Of a DNA stretch of 64,000 nt, positions 55,371 to 64,000 are shown piece after piece; the stretch's first letter is position 1; each line of letters begins with the position of its first letter. The notes beneath the pieces were generated by a model, which searched no databases, was not told where the DNA came from, and saw only the letters and a program-made list of their open reading frames with translations. The position numbers were made by a program, and so were the translations under genes. Origin of the DNA: an uncultured Candidatus Rokubacteria bacterium (GTDB lineage Bacteria > Methylomirabilota > Methylomirabilia > Rokubacteriales > CSP1-6); assembly GCA_963762145.1 (NCBI GenBank), contig CAVXJS010000014.1, positions 512,001 through 576,000 on the forward strand, written 5' to 3'.

Positions 55371-57104
55371 ATGCGCAAGACCATCACCGGCACCGGCGGC
55401 ATGCTGCTCCTCCAGACCCTCAAGGACGCGGGCGTGGAGTACCTCTTCACCAACCCGGGCTCCGCGGAGACCGGCCTCTTCGCCGCCATTGCCGAGGACG
55501 GCGACAACCGGTTGGTGGTCGGCAAGCACGAGGGCCTGGTCGCCGCGATGGCCGACGGCTACCACCGCATCAGCGGCAAGGTCGGCGTGGTCATCGCGCA
55601 CGTGATGGGCGGCTCCTACCAGCTCGCCGGCCAGCTGTTCAACGCGCAGGTCGCGGGCTCATCCCTGCTCGTGATCGCGGGAGACTGGGCTTCGGAGCTC
55701 CAGGACTATCGCGGGCTCGCCCCGTTCCCCGGGCTGAGCCAGGCGGAATCCATGCGCCCGATCACCAAGGAGGCGCGCTGCGCCTACCAGGTGCACACGA
55801 ATCCCAAGGCGATCAGCGTGGCCACCATCCGCGCGCTGCGCGAGGCCACCACGCCGCCGACCGGGCCCGTGTACCTCTCGATCAGCGCGGAGCTGCTGCA
55901 CACCGAAGGGCTCGAGGCGACGATCGGCGAGGGCGCGAAGTATCAGATCGAGCGGCCGGGGCCGGCGCGGGCCCAGACGGTGGCCGCCATCGCCAAGCGG
56001 CTGGGCGAGGCGCAGTGCCCGGTGCTGATGTTCGGCGACGACGTGTGGCGCGAGGGCGCGCAGGCGGAGGCGGTGCGGCTGGCCGAGGCGCTGGAGGCGC
56101 CGGTGTTCGCGAGCCGGCAGATCTTCCAGAACTTCCCCACGCGGCATCCGCTCTTCTGCGGCAACTATCCCGTCTCCAAGGACTTCGAGAAGGCCACCGG
56201 GCTCAAGCCGGATCTGATCTTCCTGGTGGGCTGCCAGGGCGTGCACGGCAGCGTGAACGAGCCGGTCATCATGCAGATCGGGCCGAACCCGCTGCTGATG
56301 GGCCGGCACTATCCGCTCGACCTCGCCGCGCAGTGCGAGACGACGGAGACCCTGCGCGGCATCACCCAGGCGCTCGGCCGCGTGCACGGGCCCGAGAAGG
56401 CGGGGGCGTGGGCCACCCAGCGCGCGAAGGTGCGCACCTACGCCGCGATGCTGATCGAGCGGGAAGAGAACCTGGTGCGCGAGCACGAGCACGATTCGCC
56501 GGTGCACCCGGCGGTGCTGGAAGCGCACCTCGCGTCCATCCTGCCGAAGAACACGGTGATGGTGCAGGAGAGCTCGACGGCGCGGACCACGCTGCTGCCG
56601 TTCGGCCACGGCGGCATGGACTGGACGCGCAGCGGCGGCGGCTCGCTCGGCTTCGGAGTGGGCGCGGCCATCGGGGCCAAGATCGCGGTCGGGCGCGAGC
56701 GGCCGGTCGTCCTGCACCTGGGCGACGGCGCGCTCGGCTACAGCGCCTCGGGCTTCTGGACGATGGCGCGCTACAACACCGCGGTGCTCACGATCGTCTC
56801 GAACAACGAGAGCTACCAGATCGTGCGGCACAACTGGGCCAAGGAGATGCCGGACAGCAAGATGATCCGCGAGGGCAAGTACCCCGGCCTCTGGCTGAGC
56901 GCCCCCGCCACCGACCACGTCGCCCTGGCGCGCTCGCAGGGCGTGGACGGCGAGGCGGTGACCACCGTGAAGGAGCTGGAGCCGGCGCTCCGGCGCGGCA
57001 TGGACAAGATCACGCGCGAGAACCGGCCGTACCTGATCGACGTGTCGGTGCAGCGCGAGGGAATCGGCGCCGAGTCCACCTGGTACCAGGACTGGCAGCT
57101 CTAG
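55371..57104 (+). CDS. TPP-binding enzyme (benzoylformate decarboxylase-like)
   Basis: FTNPGSAE, HEGLVAAMADGY, PTGPVYLS, GDG...NN. Confidence 0.9.
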   Translation: MRKTITGTGGMLLLQTLKDAGVEYLFTNPGSAETGLFAAIAEDGDNRLVVGKHEGLVAAMADGYHRISGKVGVVIAHVMGGSYQLAGQLFNAQVAGSSLLVIAGDWASELQDYRGLAPFPGLSQAESMRPITKEARCAYQVHTNPKAISVATIRALREATTPPTGPVYLSISAELLHTEGLEATIGEGAKYQIERPGPARAQTVAAIAKRLGEAQCPVLMFGDDVWREGAQAEAVRLAEALEAPVFASRQIFQNFPTRHPLFCGNYPVSKDFEKATGLKPDLIFLVGCQGVHGSVNEPVIMQIGPNPLLMGRHYPLDLAAQCETTETLRGITQALGRVHGPEKAGAWATQRAKVRTYAAMLIEREENLVREHEHDSPVHPAVLEAHLASILPKNTVMVQESSTARTTLLPFGHGGMDWTRSGGGSLGFGVGAAIGAKIAVGRERPVVLHLGDGALGYSASGFWTMARYNTAVLTIVSNNESYQIVRHNWAKEMPDSKMIREGKYPGLWLSAPATDHVALARSQGVDGEAVTTVKELEPALRRGMDKITRENRPYLIDVSVQREGIGAESTWYQDWQL

Positions 57105-57110
57105 GACGCG

Positions 57111-58034
57111 CTAATCGCCGGCCGGGATGGGGACCTTCGGTCTCCAGTCGAGCCATTCCTTCTGGGGCTTGTCGTGCAGCAGGAAGACCGTCGTCTCCTT
57201 CGCGGGAGGCGCCTCGGCATCCTCCGGGGTGGCGAACGCGATACCGCCGGTCACGAGCGATCGCAGGGAGTCCACGTTGACCTGCAGACCGCGGAAGAGG
57301 CCGAAGTCGACGTCCACGCCGCCGATGATCCAGAACCGCGAGCCGATCCGGACCAGGCGCGCATACCGCTGGGGGATGAACACGCGTGCCTGCGCGGCCG
57401 TGGCGTCGCGGCTGAGATCGGTCGCGGTGACCGAGCCGATCTCGATGCCGCGATAGAAGAGCGGCGAGCCCTGACGGACGGATCCGAGCTGGCTCGCGGT
57501 CAGCGTGATGTTGAGCCCGGCCTGGCCCATGCTCGGCGAAGCGCTCTCGAGCCCGACGAAGTCCTTCTTCTCCTTGCCCTTGCCGGGCAGCGCCTGGATG
57601 TAGGAGCCGGTGAGGACGGTGCTGAGGCCGCGCACGGTGCCGAAGCCGACCTCGGGGCGCACGATCCAGAAGATCGATCCATCGCGGGCGAGGGCGGCGG
57701 CGCTCTGTCGGAGCTGCGCGGTCACCACCACGTGCGCCTGGTCCGGGCTCAGCTCGGCGACGGTGACGTGGCCGACCGGCACGCCCCGGTAGCGGATCTC
57801 GGTCTGATCGGGCTTCACGCCGCTGGCGTCCCGGAACTTGATCCGGATGGTCGGGCCGACCTCCTGCATGCGCTGGTAGACGAGACTGCCCGCGACGAGC
57901 GCCGCCACCAGGGGAACGACCCATACCAGCGAGAAGCCCCACCGCCGCCGGCGCACCGTCGCCCGCGGGAGCGCCGCCTCCGGCGGCGGCTCCGGGGCGC
58001 GCTCCGGCGCCGCTTCCTCCGTCGGGTCCGTCAT
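57111..58034 (-). CDS. pqiB: MlaD/MCE-domain protein (PqiB-like)
   Basis: WVVPLVAALV anchor, YRGVPVGHV, FWIVRPE, TGSYI; second domain GSPLFYRGIEIG...GGIAF. Confidence 0.82.
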   Translation of the reverse strand: MTDPTEEAAPERAPEPPPEAALPRATVRRRRWGFSLVWVVPLVAALVAGSLVYQRMQEVGPTIRIKFRDASGVKPDQTEIRYRGVPVGHVTVAELSPDQAHVVVTAQLRQSAAALARDGSIFWIVRPEVGFGTVRGLSTVLTGSYIQALPGKGKEKKDFVGLESASPSMGQAGLNITLTASQLGSVRQGSPLFYRGIEIGSVTATDLSRDATAAQARVFIPQRYARLVRIGSRFWIIGGVDVDFGLFRGLQVNVDSLRSLVTGGIAFATPEDAEAPPAKETTVFLLHDKPQKEWLDWRPKVPIPAGD

Positions 58035-58660
58035 GGCTGCCGGTCGGGCTCGGCCCAGATCAGCGTGGGGTCGAAGCTGCTCGAGGCCAGGATGGTCAGC
58101 ACCACGACCGCGCCGAACGCGAACAGGCCGGGCCCGGGAAGGACGGTGGCGAGCTCGCCCAGCTTGACCAGCGAGACGAGGATCGCGAGCAGGAAGACAT
58201 CGAGCATGGCCCACGGGCCGATCCGGTCGATGGCCCGGTAGATCCAGGTCCTTGCCGGGCGCCGCCGCCGGTAGCCGAGGCCTACGGTCACGACCAGGAA
58301 GAAAAGACCGAGTAGTTTGAGGAAGGGAATGACCAGGCTGGCCAGGAACACCACGATCGCGACGAGCGTCTCGCCGCGCTGGAACAGGGTCTGGGTGCCC
58401 TCCCAGACCGTGCTCTCGGAGTGGACCCCGTAGAGGTCCATGCGGAGGATCGGCAAGGTATTGGCGGGTATATAGAAGGAGAGCGCCGCCAGCGTGAACG
58501 CGGCGGTGCGGGCGAGGCTATTGGGCTTGTGGTCCGCGAGCCGCCCCCCGCACCGCGCGCACGCCGCCACCATGCCCGGGGCGAGCGCCTCCAGGCGCTG
58601 CACGAGGCCGCAGATCCGGCAGCAGACCACGGTGTCCAAGGTGTCAGGCCAGTACTGCAA
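58031..58660 (-). CDS. pqiA: Paraquat-inducible protein A (single-domain PqiA)
   Basis: CxxC...CxRC, YIPANTLP, IGPWAMLDVF, SFDP. Start uncertain. Confidence 0.88.
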   Translation of the reverse strand: MQYWPDTLDTVVCCRICGLVQRLEALAPGMVAACARCGGRLADHKPNSLARTAAFTLAALSFYIPANTLPILRMDLYGVHSESTVWEGTQTLFQRGETLVAIVVFLASLVIPFLKLLGLFFLVVTVGLGYRRRRPARTWIYRAIDRIGPWAMLDVFLLAILVSLVKLGELATVLPGPGLFAFGAVVVLTILASSSFDPTLIWAEPDRQP

Positions 58661-58748
58661 TTCCAGGGCCTAGCGCGGGCGGGAGGGTTTGTGCGCCCGG
58701 ACGCCTTGCACTATGATGCCTGTGCCCTGGCCGAGACAGCCGCCCATC

Positions 58749-60050
58749 GTGACTGACCGTGACACGCGAGACGCCTTCCCGCCGCCCGCGCGGAGCCGGC
58801 GCTGGCGCGCCCTGGGTCTCGTCCTCATCGCGCTCGTCGTGCTCGCCGCCGCCGCGTACGGAGTCCACTCCTGGCGCTACTGGAGCCGCCACGTCTCGAC
58901 CGACGATGCCTTCGTCGAGGGACATGTCTCGCCGGTCAGCGCTCGGGTTCGAGGCACCGTGCTGGAGGTCCTCGTGCGCGACAACCAGGAGGTGGCGGCG
59001 GGGGCGCCGCTGGCGCGCCTGGACCCGCGCGACCTGGAGGTGAAGGTTCACCAGGCCCGCGCCGCGCTCGCGACCGCCGCGGGCCGGCTCAACATGGCCA
59101 CCGAGGGCGTGCCCCTGACGGACGAGTCCACCCGGAGCCTGGTGACGCGCGCGGAGGCGACGGTGGCGGGGGCCGCGCTCGGCATCGACAGCGCGCGGCG
59201 GACGCTCGAGGAGCGGCGCAGCCGGCTCCGCGCGCGTCGGGCCTCGGTCCAGGCCGCGCAGGCCGACGTCGCGGCCCGCCAGGCGGACTTCGAGCGCGCA
59301 CGGCTCGACCATCGGCGCATGCGGGAGCTGCTCGATCGCGGGCTGATCGCGCATCAGGAGTTCGACCACGCCGAGGCCGCGTTCCGGACCGGCGAGGCGG
59401 CCCTCGAGGCGACGCGGCAACGCGTGGACGTGGCGCACGCCGAGGTCGCCCAGGCCGAAGCCGAGATCGCCGCCCAGGAGGTAGCCCTGGTCCAGGCGCG
59501 CCGGCTGCACGAGGGCGCCGAGGCCACGCTCGCCGAGGCCCGGAGCCGCCGGCGCGAGGTGACGATCCGCGGCGCGGAGGCGACGAGCGTCGAGGCGCAG
59601 GTGGCCGAGGCGCGCGCGAACCTGCGCGAGGCCGAGCTGAACCTCGAGTACGCGACGATCACCGCGCCGGTCGCGGGCCGCGTCACCCGCCGGACGGTGG
59701 AGGTGGGGCAGACCGTGCAGCCGGGCCAGCCCCTGCTCGCCATCGTGGACGCGGCCAGCGTGTGGGTGGTCGCCAACTACAAGGAGACCCAGCTCACCCA
59801 CGTGCGCGCGGGCCAGCGCGCGTGGGTCTCGGTGGACACGCATCCCGACCTGGTGTTCCGCGCGCGGGTGGACTCGATCCAGAGCGGGACCGGCTCGCGC
59901 TTCTCGCTGCTGCCGCCCGAGAACGCCTCGGGCAACTTCGTGAAGGTCGTCCAGCGGGTCCCGGTGAAGCTCGTGCTCGAGCCCGGGCAGAACGGGCACG
60001 CGCTCCTCGTGCCCGGCATGTCGGTCGTTCCCACAATTGAGTTGAGATGA
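58749..60050 (+). CDS. emrA: HlyD/EmrA membrane-fusion protein
   Basis: STDDAFV, WVVANYKETQL, FSLLPPENASGNFVKVVQRVPV. Start uncertain. Confidence 0.9.
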   Translation: MTDRDTRDAFPPPARSRRWRALGLVLIALVVLAAAAYGVHSWRYWSRHVSTDDAFVEGHVSPVSARVRGTVLEVLVRDNQEVAAGAPLARLDPRDLEVKVHQARAALATAAGRLNMATEGVPLTDESTRSLVTRAEATVAGAALGIDSARRTLEERRSRLRARRASVQAAQADVAARQADFERARLDHRRMRELLDRGLIAHQEFDHAEAAFRTGEAALEATRQRVDVAHAEVAQAEAEIAAQEVALVQARRLHEGAEATLAEARSRRREVTIRGAEATSVEAQVAEARANLREAELNLEYATITAPVAGRVTRRTVEVGQTVQPGQPLLAIVDAASVWVVANYKETQLTHVRAGQRAWVSVDTHPDLVFRARVDSIQSGTGSRFSLLPPENASGNFVKVVQRVPVKLVLEPGQNGHALLVPGMSVVPTIELR

Positions 60051-61618
60051 GCCCGCGAGTGCTGCGGGCGATCGTGGCCATCACCACCATGATGGCCACG
60101 TTCCTGGTGGTCCTCGACGTCACGATCGCGAACGTGGCCCTCGACCACATGCGGGGCAGCCTCTCCGCGGGGGTGGACGAGATCACGTGGGTGCTGACCT
60201 CGTTCCTCGTCGCCAACGCGATCAGCCTGCCCATCACCGGATGGCTGACCGACCTGCTCGGGCGCAAGCGCCTCTTCATCGTGGCCACCGCCGCGTTCAC
60301 GATCACCTCCGCCGCGGTGGGGGCGGCCCCGAGCCTCGCGGTCATCGTGCTCGCGCGGTTCCTGCAGGGGCTGGCCGGCGGGCCGCTCGTGCCGCTCTCG
60401 CAGTCGACGATGATCGAGACGTTCCCCGCGCGCCAGAGCGGCATGGCGATGGCGATCTGGGGCATCGGCGTCATGTTCGCTCCGATCATCGGGCCGACGC
60501 TCGGCGGCTGGATCACCGACAACTGGAGCTGGCGGTGGGTGTTCTACATCAACGTGCCGGTGGGGGCGGCCGCGGTGGTGATGGGCTGGCTGTTCCTCCC
60601 CGACTCCGCCGAGGCCCGGCCGGCGGTGCGGCGCGTGGACGTGCCCGGCCTCGTCCTGCTCGTGGTCGGGGTGTCCGCGCTCCAGTTCGTGCTCGATCGC
60701 GGCCAGCGCGAGGACTGGCTCGCCTCCCCGCTCATCGTCTGGCTCGGGATCGTCGCCGCGGTGGCGCTGGTCGCCCTCGTGGTGCGCGAGCTCTACGCGG
60801 AGGAGCCGGTGGTGGACCTGCGGGTGCTGCGCCACTCGACGTTCGCGGTGGCGACCGCGGCCATGTTCGTCATCAGCATCGCGTTCTACGGGATCATGGT
60901 GCTCTCGCCGCTCTACACCCAGATCCTCATGGGCTACACCGCGATGCTCGCCGGGATGGTGCTCGCCCCGGGGGGCGTGGCCACCCTGATCACGATGCCG
61001 GTCGCGGGAGTGCTGATGCACCGCATCGATCCACGCTGGGTCATCGCGACGGGCTGCGCCCTGAACGCCTACGCGATGTACCTGATGGCCACCCTGACCC
61101 TCGAGGCGAGCTACTGGCACATCATGTGGCCGCGCTTCGTCCAGGGGCTCGGCATCGGCTTCACGTTCGTGCCGCTGTCCACGATGGCGCTCAGCTCGGT
61201 GCCGCGGCGCGAGCTGGGCCACGCTTCCGGGCTCTTCAACTTCACCCGGACCGTCGGGGGCAGCATCGGCATCGCGGCGGTGGCCACGATGCTGGAGCGG
61301 GGCTCGCAGGTGCACCAGTCGCGCCTGTCCGCCCACGTGAGCCTCTACGACCCCGAGGTGTGGGAGCGCTACCAGACGCTGGTCGGGCTCTACGCCACGC
61401 GCGGGGCCGATCCGGCCACCGCCGAGCAGCAGGCGTGGGCGCACCTCTACGAGATGGTGCAGCGCGAGGCGCTCGCGCTCTCGTTCATCGACAACTTCTG
61501 GCGCCTGGTGTGGATCTTCGCGGCGGTCATCCCGTTCGTGCTGTTCCTCCGCCGCGGCCCGCGCACCGGTGACAGCCCGGCCGAGGTGGAGCGGGCCGCC
61601 GCGATCGTCGAGGGGTGA
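60047..61618 (+). CDS. emrB: DHA2 MFS efflux permease (EmrB/QacA)
   Basis: LDVTIANVAL, GPTLGGWITDNWSWRWVFYINVP, RTVGGSIG. Confidence 0.92.
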   Translation: MSPRVLRAIVAITTMMATFLVVLDVTIANVALDHMRGSLSAGVDEITWVLTSFLVANAISLPITGWLTDLLGRKRLFIVATAAFTITSAAVGAAPSLAVIVLARFLQGLAGGPLVPLSQSTMIETFPARQSGMAMAIWGIGVMFAPIIGPTLGGWITDNWSWRWVFYINVPVGAAAVVMGWLFLPDSAEARPAVRRVDVPGLVLLVVGVSALQFVLDRGQREDWLASPLIVWLGIVAAVALVALVVRELYAEEPVVDLRVLRHSTFAVATAAMFVISIAFYGIMVLSPLYTQILMGYTAMLAGMVLAPGGVATLITMPVAGVLMHRIDPRWVIATGCALNAYAMYLMATLTLEASYWHIMWPRFVQGLGIGFTFVPLSTMALSSVPRRELGHASGLFNFTRTVGGSIGIAAVATMLERGSQVHQSRLSAHVSLYDPEVWERYQTLVGLYATRGADPATAEQQAWAHLYEMVQREALALSFIDNFWRLVWIFAAVIPFVLFLRRGPRTGDSPAEVERAAAIVEG

Positions 61619-61663
61619 GGGCGCTGGTGGGGCGCCCCGAGAAGCGATAGGATCGGGGCCACC

Positions 61664-62851
61664 ATGGCTCCCACGACCGCACTCCCCCTGGCGCGATACT
61701 CGGTCCTCGACCTCACCCGGGCGCGGGCGGGCCCCACCTGCGTCCGGCAGCTCGTGGACTGGGGCGCCCGCGCGATCAAGATCGAGATGCCGGGCGGGCG
61801 CTCGGGCGACGGCATGGGCGGCAATCGCCACGGGTTCGACTTCCAGAACCTGCACCGCAACAAGCAGGCGATCACGCTCAATCTCCGCGAGCCGGAGGGG
61901 GTCGCGATCTTCAAGCGGCTGGCGAAGGACGCCGACGTGGTGGTCGAGAACTATCGGCCGGACGTCAAGCGGCGCCTCGGCATCGACTACGAGAGCCTGC
62001 GCGCGATCAACCCGCGGCTGATCTACGGCTCCATCTCCGGCTTCGGGCAGAGCGGGCCCTATCGCGATCGGCCCGGGGTGGATCAGATCGCGCAGGGCAT
62101 GGGCGGCCTGATGTCCATCACCGGGATTCCCGGACAGGGCCCGGTGCGCGTGGGCATTCCCATCGCCGACCTGTGCTCGGGCATCCTGCTCGCCCAGGGC
62201 ATCCTGGTGGCGCTGATCGAGCGGGAGACGACGGGAGAAGGGAAGTGGGTGCACACCTCGCTGCTCGAGGCGATGCTCTCGATGCTGGACTTCCAGGCCT
62301 CGCGCTGGCTGATGAGCGGGGAGATCCCGCCCCAGGCCGGCAACAACCACCCGACCGGCATTCCCACCGGCGTCTTCGAGACCCGCGACGGCCACATCAA
62401 CATCGCGGCGGCCGGCGACGAGATCTACGAGCGGTTCTGCAAGGCCATCGAGCGCCCGGACTTGCGCACCGACGCGCGCTTCGCGACTTCCAGCGCCAGA
62501 TCAACGAATCGGAAAATCCTGATGGAGGTGCTGATGCCGGTCACCCGGCAGAAGAGCAGCGCGGACTGGGTGCGGATCATGAACGAGGCCGGCGTGCCGT
62601 GCGGGCCGATCTATCGCATCGACGAGGCATTCGCCGATCCGCAGGTGCAGCACCTCCAGATGGCGCAGCCGGTGCGGTCGCCGGCGTTGGGCGACCTCAC
62701 GATTCTCGGGCACCCGGTCTCGCATGGCGAGCAGCGCCAGCCCATTCGTGCGCCGGCGCCGGAGCTGGGGCAGGACAACGACGCGATCCTGGCCTCGCTC
62801 GGCTACTCCAAGGATCAGATCGCCGATCTCGCGAAGCGCGGAGTCGTCTGA
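61664..62851 (+). CDS. Family III CoA-transferase (CaiB/BaiF)
   Basis: AGPTC, NLHRNK, ENYRP, SISGFGQSGPY, GIPIAD. Confidence 0.92.
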   Translation: MAPTTALPLARYSVLDLTRARAGPTCVRQLVDWGARAIKIEMPGGRSGDGMGGNRHGFDFQNLHRNKQAITLNLREPEGVAIFKRLAKDADVVVENYRPDVKRRLGIDYESLRAINPRLIYGSISGFGQSGPYRDRPGVDQIAQGMGGLMSITGIPGQGPVRVGIPIADLCSGILLAQGILVALIERETTGEGKWVHTSLLEAMLSMLDFQASRWLMSGEIPPQAGNNHPTGIPTGVFETRDGHINIAAAGDEIYERFCKAIERPDLRTDARFATSSARSTNRKILMEVLMPVTRQKSSADWVRIMNEAGVPCGPIYRIDEAFADPQVQHLQMAQPVRSPALGDLTILGHPVSHGEQRQPIRAPAPELGQDNDAILASLGYSKDQIADLAKRGVV

Positions 62852-62852
62852 C

Positions 62853-63015
62853 GGTGGGCCGGCGGGCGGGGGGCGGGGGGTGGGTCTCTGACCACGTCGC
62901 GCTGTTCTCCGGTCACGCGGAGAGTAGTTCCCAATCTGGGTTGTTGGCGGCTTCGGTTTGGTTGGCAGGAACGGGTCACCCGACCCACCCCCCGCCCCCC
63001 ACCCGCCGGCCCACC
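62853..63015. repeat. 34-bp G/C-run inverted repeat flanking a ~95-bp spacer (MITE-like)
   Basis: 62853-62886 and 62982-63015 are reverse complements with a single mismatch. Confidence 0.85.
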
Positions 63016-63032
63016 TCACGCGAGCTTCATCA

Positions 63033-64000
63033 GTGACGAGCCCTCGTGCGGCGCTCGAGCAGGTCTGGGCGGTGGCGGGGGGTGAGTCTGTCGCGCTCGA
63101 GCGGGTCATGGTGACGGGCGACGATCCGATGCTGCCCACGGATGTGCGGATCGGGACTGCGGCGGCTGGGGTGATCGCGGCTACCGGGCTGGCGGCGAGC
63201 GAGGTGTGGCGGCTGCGGACCGGGCGGGCGCAATCGGTGGCGGTGGACGTGCGCGCGGCCATCGCGGCCTTCCGCAGCGAGCGCTACCTGCGCGTGAACG
63301 GCGGCCCCGCGCCCGACGGCCGCAGCCCGCTCTTCGGCTTCTATCCCACCGCCGACGGCCGCTGGATCCAGATCCACGCCAACATGCCCCACCACCATGC
63401 AGGCCACGTGCGCTTCATGGGCTGCGAGGAGACGCGCGAGTCCATGGCCGCGGCGGTCGCCAGGTGGAAGGCGCAGGATCTGGAGGATGCGCTGAACGCG
63501 GCCGGGCTCCCCGCGGGCATGGTGAGGCCCCGGGAGGAATGGCTCGCGCATCCGCACGCGCGAGCGGTGGCCGAGCTGCCGCTGCTCGAGATTGTCCGCA
63601 TCGGCGATTCCGCGCCCGAGCCTTTCGGGGCCGGCGAGCGGCCGCTCGCCGGCGTGCGCGTGCTCGATCTCACCCGCGTGATCGCGGGGCCCGAGGGCGG
63701 GCGGATGCTCGCCTCGCACGGGGCGGACGTGCTGCACGTCTCGGCGCCGCACCTGCCGAACCTGCCGTCGCACGTGATCGACTTCGGGCTCGGCAAGCGC
63801 GCCGCCTCGCTCGATCTCCGGCGGGCTCCGGACGCGGACCGGCTGCGGGCGCTGATCGGGCGCGCCGACGTGTTCGCGCAGTCCTACCGCCCCGGCGCGC
63901 TGGCCCGGCTCGGCTTCACTCCCGAGGAGGCGGCCCGGCTGCGGCCCGGGCTCGTCTACGTCACGCTCTCCGCCTACGGCCATGCGGGCCCCTGGCGCGA
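63033..64000 (+). CDS. Family III CoA-transferase (two-domain type), partial, runs off the window
   Basis: From GTG 63033: ...FRSERYL..., RPLAGVRVLDLTRVIAGP, GADVL, GKR, QSYRPG, LSAYGHAGPW. Absent from the ORF track because there is no stop in the window. Confidence 0.88.
   Translation, partial: MTSPRAALEQVWAVAGGESVALERVMVTGDDPMLPTDVRIGTAAAGVIAATGLAASEVWRLRTGRAQSVAVDVRAAIAAFRSERYLRVNGGPAPDGRSPLFGFYPTADGRWIQIHANMPHHHAGHVRFMGCEETRESMAAAVARWKAQDLEDALNAAGLPAGMVRPREEWLAHPHARAVAELPLLEIVRIGDSAPEPFGAGERPLAGVRVLDLTRVIAGPEGGRMLASHGADVLHVSAPHLPNLPSHVIDFGLGKRAASLDLRRAPDADRLRALIGRADVFAQSYRPGALARLGFTPEEAARLRPGLVYVTLSAYGHAGPWR

Overview
A very GC-rich (roughly 70% by eye), gene-dense bacterial chromosomal window. 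Gene content and repeat style suggest an uncultured soil lineage such as Candidatus Rokubacteria/Methylomirabilota; this is inference only. It holds about 55 real CDSs, mostly catabolic: CoA ligases and transferases, crotonases, Rieske oxygenases, three Mo-cofactor enzymes and luciferase-like monooxygenases. It also carries leuA with a Leu-codon attenuator, a DEAD-box helicase, a dispersed 2-oxoacid/acetoin dehydrogenase E1a/E1b/E2 set, pqiAB and emrAB. No rRNA, tRNA, CRISPR array or transposase was seen. Signals the ORF track hides: (1) a MerB (organomercurial lyase)-like protein split by an in-frame TGA followed by a SECIS-like hairpin with a GGUC loop, i.e. a probable selenoprotein, in an acyl-CoA synthetase-RidA-quinone reductase operon with no mer genes; (2) an ergothioneine-type locus combining egtD, a fungal-Egt1-like sulfoxide synthase, a frameshifted type I phosphoribosyltransferase coupled to egtD, and a betaine-type ABC importer; (3) a terephthalate-dioxygenase-like TphA2/A3 pair without tphB or tphA1; (4) five DnaA-box-like 9-mers around an 80-aa gene; (5) two dispersed palindromic repeat families, one of which sits in the coding linkers of the E2 gene. 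Three genes carry single-base frameshifts that are most likely sequencing indels. All family assignments come from motif recognition and memory, not database searches.
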